NCBI GenBank assembly: GCA_037440445.1
Contig: JBBIUA010000010.1
Coordinates: forward strand, 13,734 to 77,733
Reading direction: 5' to 3'
Length of the DNA: 64,000 nt
Source of the DNA: Ignavibacteria bacterium
GTDB lineage: Bacteria > Bacteroidota > Ignavibacteria > Kapaibacteriales > UBA2268
Positions 58,343 to 64,000 of this stretch are shown here, one piece after another; position 1 is the stretch's first letter; every line of letters starts with the position of its first letter. The notes below the pieces were generated by a model. The model was not told the origin of the DNA. It saw only the letters and a program-made list of their open reading frames with translations, and did no database searches. The position numbers and the translations under genes were made by a program.

Positions 58343-58451
58343 TTTTTTTGTATTTATAAATTTTTTGTTAATTTGTTTTTTCAAATGTAACTTTTTTAAT
58401 GAATCTTTGTCTTTATAAAAGATTATAAATATAATTATTTATGGAGGCTTT

Positions 58452-61256
58452 ATGAAAAGGTTCTTTTCTTCTTTTGTTTTTGCATTATTTTTTTTCGCAA
58501 GCATTTTTGCTTTAGCAGATTCTCCTCGTAAAGTATTAATCGAAGAAGCAACAAACACCAGTTGTGGACCTTGTGCAGCGCAGAATCCTTCATTTCAACG
58601 ATTCATACGAAATAATTTCAATGATGTAATCCCTTTAATTTATCATGCTTGGTGGCCAGGGTCTAATGACCCGATGTATCAAGAAAACATTCCAATGAAT
58701 GAAGCAAGAATACGCTATTATGGAATTGAGCAACAAGGTGTTCCAAATGTTCGTGTCAATGGAAAAATAGCCCCTAAAACTGGAAACTGGTACGATGGTG
58801 CTGCTGGCGATACTGTAGCGATCAAAACTGAAGTTGACAAATATCGTGGAACAAATTCTCCAATTACATTGACTGTTGCCGAAACACGTAGTGGAACCCA
58901 ATGCAGCGTAAGTGTAACAATTAACACAACTCAATCATTAGTTGGCAAAAAACTAAGAGTTGCAGTTGTTGAATATTTTATAAGTTATCCCACTCCTCCA
59001 GGTTCAAATGGAGAAAAAGAGTTTTATTGGGTTGCTCGTGCAATGCTCCCCGACCACAATGGAACAACATTGAATTTAGATGCAGGCTCCAATCAAACCT
59101 TTAATTTCACTTATACGATGAAATCCACCTGGAAAGCTCAACAAATTTATATTGTTGCTTTCATTCAAGACAATAATACAAAGGACGTTCTCCAAGCAGC
59201 ACAAAATCTTAAAGTTGCAAAAGTTCAAGTTGCTGGTCCAAATCCATTCCTTACAATCCCAAGAAATGGTGAAGTAACCTACGCTTTTAATGTTACAAAT
59301 CCAAATGATGAACTAATGCGGGTTGATATTGCATTAAATAATGGAGCAAGTTATATACCAGCAAATTGGAAAACTACTTTAAGCACAAACCAATTAGTGC
59401 TTCAACCAAATCAAACCCAAACTGTTAACGTAACATTAAAAAGTGGAAGCAAAGCAGAATTTGCAGTTGTTGCTGTGGACTTCGTTCCACGAGTTCAAAC
59501 TCCATACGATCAATCCCTTGGTGCTTTTTATGCTTTAACTGAAGATACAAAATACGCTTTTTACACAATTTCTCCATCTTATACCTCAAGTTCAATTTTT
59601 GCTTATCAAGGAATACTGGCAAATACTAAATACTCGAATGATGCTGCCCTTTTACCCTTCGCTCTCGATATCTTAAGTAATTATTCGATGACCAATTTTG
59701 AACTTGCCGTCCTTGGATTTAATTATTGGATACGAGGTGTATTAGGCGGATATTATGTTGAAAGTTCTCCTTTATATGCATCATTGAATGCAATGATATC
59801 TGCTGGGAAAAGTCTGCTTTTAACTTCAGAAGTTGATCTTTCCTTTTCTTATGGGGCACAAGGTTCTCAAACCGCGCGAGACTTCTTTTCGAATAAGCTT
59901 TTCATCAATAAAGCACAAAACGCTGTTCTTAGGGTTACAACCGATCAAAGTGGAAATATTACAGGTGTTGTTTCGTATCCTGCCACTGGAGTTTCTGGTG
60001 ACCCAATTGGTAATGGAATTAATTTAACAATGAATCAATATAATCAAACTTCGCATCCATATTACATTGTCTTCACAGATATCTTAAGTGTAACAAATCC
60101 AAACAAAGCAAAAGCATTCCTATACTACGACAACAATCCATCGGCAATTGGTGGAGTACGCGTCGAACACGATAATTACAGTCGATTGGTTTATCTTACT
60201 ACAGGTTTCGAAGGAATTGCCAATCCAACTCAACGAAATAATTTTGTAAACAAAATAATCGATTGGTTGCTTTCCAAACCAACAGTTAAAATTGGACCAC
60301 AAATTGCTTTAAGTTTAACATCTATTGATTTCCAAGAAGTTGTTGTTGGAACTACTGCAACGCAAACCTTTGATATAAACAATATTGGAGACGAGCCATT
60401 GATTATTAATGAACTCTATGTGGACCGAGATTTTGACCCCGATCAAGTTTTTAATATTCAAAATCCACCAACATTACCATTGACTATTCAACCTAATCAA
60501 AAATATACCGTAACGGTTTCCTTTTCTCCAAAAGATGAAGCAATGTCCTACACTTCTTCAGTAATAATCAAATCCAACGCAAAGAATTCTCCCGAAGAGA
60601 TTGTTTCTCTCGATGGAATTGGTGTTGCTGGTAATGTTCCAATCATTGCATCAAGTAAATCTGAGGTTAATTTTGGCAGTGTTGCTGTTCAAAGCTCAAA
60701 AGTTAGTGATGTTGATATTACCAACAATGGTTTAGCCGATTTAGAAATAACAAGTATTCAATTAGTTAATAATCCAGATGTCTTTTCTATTATGGGAGCC
60801 CCCGAATTGCCGAAGACACTTGGACCTGGTGAATCTATTACAATTAGTATCCTTTTCACTCCTACTGAAGCAATAGAATATTCTGCATTGTTAAGAATTC
60901 AATCTAATGCATCGAATGAGCCAACATTAAATATTCCTCTTTCTGGAAAAGGAGAACAGGCAGGTTCAGTTGCCGAGGCTGAATTCCCAATCGGCGTTTA
61001 TGTTTCAATATCGCCCTTCCCAGTATCGAATGAACTTACTTTGCTTGTTTCCTCGAAAAACGAAATTAACCAGGGAATGAACATTCAAATCTACGATTTG
61101 AAAGGAAATTTGGTTACCGATTTAGGTAATGCACTGCTTTCCAAAGGTACTTCGCAACTTAAATTTTCTGTGCTCGAATTACAAAATGGACGTTACAATT
61201 TGAAGTTGCAAATTGGTAAGGATGTTAAATTCATCCCGCTTATCATTGTTAAGTAA
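58452..61256 (+). CDS. Omp28-related T9SS-secreted protein with thioredoxin-like CGPC motif and two Ig-like (choice-of-anchor D-like) domains
   Basis: GGAGG RBS; signal peptide; KVLIEEATNTSCGPC, YHAWWPG, GVP...NG, VAFIQD; two DF/NFG.V...I.N.G...L.I...FxP..Y...I.SN repeats; C-terminal IYDLKG...G.Y.L...IIVK. Confidence 0.8.
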   Translation: MKRFFSSFVFALFFFASIFALADSPRKVLIEEATNTSCGPCAAQNPSFQRFIRNNFNDVIPLIYHAWWPGSNDPMYQENIPMNEARIRYYGIEQQGVPNVRVNGKIAPKTGNWYDGAAGDTVAIKTEVDKYRGTNSPITLTVAETRSGTQCSVSVTINTTQSLVGKKLRVAVVEYFISYPTPPGSNGEKEFYWVARAMLPDHNGTTLNLDAGSNQTFNFTYTMKSTWKAQQIYIVAFIQDNNTKDVLQAAQNLKVAKVQVAGPNPFLTIPRNGEVTYAFNVTNPNDELMRVDIALNNGASYIPANWKTTLSTNQLVLQPNQTQTVNVTLKSGSKAEFAVVAVDFVPRVQTPYDQSLGAFYALTEDTKYAFYTISPSYTSSSIFAYQGILANTKYSNDAALLPFALDILSNYSMTNFELAVLGFNYWIRGVLGGYYVESSPLYASLNAMISAGKSLLLTSEVDLSFSYGAQGSQTARDFFSNKLFINKAQNAVLRVTTDQSGNITGVVSYPATGVSGDPIGNGINLTMNQYNQTSHPYYIVFTDILSVTNPNKAKAFLYYDNNPSAIGGVRVEHDNYSRLVYLTTGFEGIANPTQRNNFVNKIIDWLLSKPTVKIGPQIALSLTSIDFQEVVVGTTATQTFDINNIGDEPLIINELYVDRDFDPDQVFNIQNPPTLPLTIQPNQKYTVTVSFSPKDEAMSYTSSVIIKSNAKNSPEEIVSLDGIGVAGNVPIIASSKSEVNFGSVAVQSSKVSDVDITNNGLADLEITSIQLVNNPDVFSIMGAPELPKTLGPGESITISILFTPTEAIEYSALLRIQSNASNEPTLNIPLSGKGEQAGSVAEAEFPIGVYVSISPFPVSNELTLLVSSKNEINQGMNIQIYDLKGNLVTDLGNALLSKGTSQLKFSVLELQNGRYNLKLQIGKDVKFIPLIIVK

Positions 61257-61277
61257 GTTCAAATCGAACCAAAATAC

Positions 61278-61322
61278 AAGGTTGTCCCAAAAGTCTTCGG
61301 ACGAGATGGGACAACCTTTTTA
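61278..61322 (+). terminator. Intrinsic terminator with an inner cUUCGg hairpin
   Basis: aaggttgtccca (61278-61289) pairs with tgggacaacctt (61307-61318); inner gtc-ttcg-gac; followed by a T-run. Confidence 0.8.
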
Positions 61323-61356
61323 TTTATACTTTTGTTAATGTTATGTGGAGGTTACT

Positions 61357-63195
61357 ATGAGAAGGCATCATTTTACATTAAAATTGGTTATCCTTTTATC
61401 AATTGTTCTTATTAATGGAATATTTACCACATTGTTTTCTGAGCAACCTAAGTACATACTTTTTGACAACTTAGAAAACCAGAGATTTGTCGATAGTGCC
61501 TATTGGCAATATCTTATAGACCCGCAATATATGCCCGATATTGCTCCTTATGTTATTCGAAAACCTTTTAACGACTTAACCTTGCAACAATATAACCTTA
61601 CTGATTTTGATGTAGCAATTTTTCTACTCGGAGACAATCGGTTAAATACAAGAGTAGGTAATGCAAGCGTTTTAGATGCAATTAGGAAAATGATTGCTGC
61701 TGGGAAAAATTGCTTGATTATTGGAAGGAATGTTCTTTACTATGCATTTAATCCGTCAGGGGGAAACCTTAACCCTGAAGTACAAAAGTTTCTTTATGAT
61801 ACTTTAGGAATCGAATATCTAACAAGACTAAAAGTTTCGAAACAGAGTGGGAATGAGATAACCTATTGGAGTTTTAATATTCGCGGGGCTTTTGGAGACC
61901 CAGTCGGTCAGTCAATAATCAAGTGGTGTAACATAGGATTCAACCCACAACCTGGTATAACTTGGTGGCCCCTTGCAATATATTTGGAATTTGATGTTTT
62001 TAAATCGAGGGATCCGGAAAAATATCCACCAGTTGACCACTTCATTAGAACGAATAATGACTATCCCGATGACACCATTGTTGGAATCAGAACCGAACTT
62101 GGAACCTCGAGGCTTTGTTTTTGGACCATTGGCTTTGAAGCATTCGCTGGAGATATTCCTCGTGCTTACCAACTCTATCGGGCAATGACTTGGCTAAAAG
62201 GAAATATTGCCCCGGATGGAGCTACATACGATGTCGACCCAATAATAGTCGATTTTGGCGAAGTTGAACCAGGCAAATCCGACACAGTAGAACTTAAAAT
62301 AATAAGCACTGGAAAACTTGACCTTCGACTTGAAGAAGTTGATTTTTGGGAAAATCCAGATGACGTTTTCGAAATAATTTCAGGGAAAATCACAAATCCT
62401 GTGATTCTTAAACGTGGCCAAACTTATTCCGTTAAAATCAAATTCACACCAAAAGAAAGAACATCCTATAGAGGTTCACTTTCGATAAAATCAAACGATA
62501 TCTACCAAGAATATAGATACATCGAAATTTGGGGCACAGGCAAAGGAGTTCAAACAAAAGGTCCTATTTTAGAAACCAATTTCCCTGATTATACAATTGA
62601 TTTCGGGAAGGTACCAAAACCAACAAGTAAAATCATTGAGTTGGTATTAAAAAACGTCGGAGACCAAACTTTGCAAGTATCAGAATTTGCAATTGATACT
62701 ACTTACAAGGATTATAATCGTTTCGACTTTGCACAAACTCTCCAAACTCCAATCTATATTGAACCTGGGGACTCATTCAAAGTTAAAGTTCGATTTTCTG
62801 CAGCCACCGAGGAAGAAAGAATTTATTATGCAAGAATCCATGTTGTAACAAATGCAAAAGAAAATAATGAATTTTACATCGAACTCAAAGGTGAAATCGA
62901 AGGTTTCAAATCTGTCGAAGGAAACCAAGACGACAATAATATTCAAGTCTATAACAACTTGGACGCTCAATCCATAGAACTTCTCTTCCCTGAATATCGA
63001 CCTGCTGACCCTCTTTTCATAATTATTATTAACAATCTGTCCCAACGAGTTTTCAATAAAATCGCTTTGCCTGATGAAATAGTAAACAATCGATTCAAAA
63101 TTGATTTACAAAGCCTTCCATGCGGCCCCTACTATTTAATTGTGAGATTAAATAATAAACAACTTGTCTATCCATTTCTGGTAATTGGTAAGTGA
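61357..63195 (+). CDS. T9SS-secreted protein with two Ig-like (choice-of-anchor D-like) domains; paralogous to the C-terminal part of 58452-61256
   Basis: GGAGG RBS 5 nt before ATG 61357; signal peptide; shared MI.AGK, G..GDP.G, RL...T.GFE motifs; VDFGEV and IDFGKV repeats; CTD-like end. Confidence 0.75.
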   Translation: MRRHHFTLKLVILLSIVLINGIFTTLFSEQPKYILFDNLENQRFVDSAYWQYLIDPQYMPDIAPYVIRKPFNDLTLQQYNLTDFDVAIFLLGDNRLNTRVGNASVLDAIRKMIAAGKNCLIIGRNVLYYAFNPSGGNLNPEVQKFLYDTLGIEYLTRLKVSKQSGNEITYWSFNIRGAFGDPVGQSIIKWCNIGFNPQPGITWWPLAIYLEFDVFKSRDPEKYPPVDHFIRTNNDYPDDTIVGIRTELGTSRLCFWTIGFEAFAGDIPRAYQLYRAMTWLKGNIAPDGATYDVDPIIVDFGEVEPGKSDTVELKIISTGKLDLRLEEVDFWENPDDVFEIISGKITNPVILKRGQTYSVKIKFTPKERTSYRGSLSIKSNDIYQEYRYIEIWGTGKGVQTKGPILETNFPDYTIDFGKVPKPTSKIIELVLKNVGDQTLQVSEFAIDTTYKDYNRFDFAQTLQTPIYIEPGDSFKVKVRFSAATEEERIYYARIHVVTNAKENNEFYIELKGEIEGFKSVEGNQDDNNIQVYNNLDAQSIELLFPEYRPADPLFIIIINNLSQRVFNKIALPDEIVNNRFKIDLQSLPCGPYYLIVRLNNKQLVYPFLVIGK

Positions 63196-63219
63196 TTGAA
63201 AAAATCTGAATAAATAAGG

Positions 63220-63250
63220 AAGGGGCTTATATATTAAGCCCCTTATTTTT
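63220..63250. terminator. Intrinsic terminator between convergent genes (probably bidirectional)
   Basis: aaggggctta (63220-63229) pairs with taagcccctt (63235-63244), followed by a T-run. Confidence 0.85.
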
Positions 63251-63267
63251 TCCAAATTTTAAAGTGA

Positions 63268-63945
63268 TTAAAATTCAAGAGTCTCACCAAATTCCATTAC
63301 TCTACAATTTTTTCCCAAAGCCTCGACTTTCTTTTTAAATTCAATCGGGTCGGCAGGAATTACTGGAAAAGTATTATAATGCATTGGAATTGTCAAAACT
63401 GGATTTACAAATTCAACAGCCTTAACCGCATCATCAATTCCCATTGTAAAATTGTCTCCAATAGGAACAAGGAATAAGTCAATTTTGTCAAGTTCACCAA
63501 TAAGTTTCATATCAAGGAACAAACCAGTATCCCCAGTATGGTAAACCGTTTTGCCTCCCATTTTAATAACAACCCCTGCAGGTTCACCCATATACCTTCC
63601 ATCAGGGGATGATGAACCGTGCTGAGCAATTGTAAACTTTAATCGACCAAAAGGAAAATTGTATGCACCACCAATATGCATATTATGAGCTTTGCAGCCA
63701 TTTTCGGCAGCATAATTTGCAAGTTCGTTTACTGCTATTACAAGTGCATCGTTGTTTTTTGCAATAGTAAAAGCATCACCAAGATGATCTCCATGTGCAT
63801 GTGTCAAAACAACAAAATTGACTTTAACATCATCAACTTTAATAGGGCAAGTAGGATTTCCTGTAATAAATGGGTCAATAATTAACTTGTAATTTCCATC
63901 ATCAAGAATAAAAGTCGAATGACTAAGATAAGTGAGTTTCAACAT
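63268..63945 (-). CDS. UPF0173 metal-dependent hydrolase (MBL fold)
   Basis: IIDPFITGNP, THAHGDHLGD, HGSS, YHTGDTGLF, PIGDNFTMG, IPMHYNTF. Confidence 0.92.
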   Translation of the reverse strand: MLKLTYLSHSTFILDDGNYKLIIDPFITGNPTCPIKVDDVKVNFVVLTHAHGDHLGDAFTIAKNNDALVIAVNELANYAAENGCKAHNMHIGGAYNFPFGRLKFTIAQHGSSSPDGRYMGEPAGVVIKMGGKTVYHTGDTGLFLDMKLIGELDKIDLFLVPIGDNFTMGIDDAVKAVEFVNPVLTIPMHYNTFPVIPADPIEFKKKVEALGKNCRVMEFGETLEF

Positions 63946-64000
63946 TTTTTACTCCAAATTGTTCGACATAAAATTAAATTAACATTTTTCCATAAATTAG

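Overview
A compact, AT-rich, gene-dense bacterial chromosome segment with about 52 genes. Several secreted proteins carry C-terminal T9SS-type sorting domains, and a Bacteroidota-style TAnnTTTG promoter element recurs upstream of genes, which points to the FCB group (Ignavibacteria/Kapabacteria-like lineage; inference). Most content is housekeeping: folP, lon, dapD, lysC, lysA, speA, ilvE, gdhA, glnA-like, asnB, pdxJ, scpAB, recN, purM, rodZ, tRNA-Arg(UCU) and SRP RNA. I saw no CRISPR array, integrase, transposase or prophage. Four items stand out. (1) A tightly coupled operon at about 31.5-37.7 kb: YjbR, an atypical protein-kinase-fold enzyme, a histidine kinase with an N-terminal Rossmann domain and two PAS domains, a response regulator fused to a GcvH-like domain with no lipoyl-lysine, an AmmeMemoRadiSam radical SAM enzyme and a TPR protein. 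(2) An orphan, N-truncated CheR coupled to an MBL-fold hydrolase whose motif-4 codons are overwritten by a 17-bp inverted copy of the gene's own 3' end. (3) A 1440-aa double-activase/dehydratase fusion with PlsA/Ger (ether-lipid/plasmalogen) architecture. (4) A MEMO1-family protein with a PqqD/RRE-like N-terminal extension. All functional calls rest on motif recognition by eye; no database searches were run.
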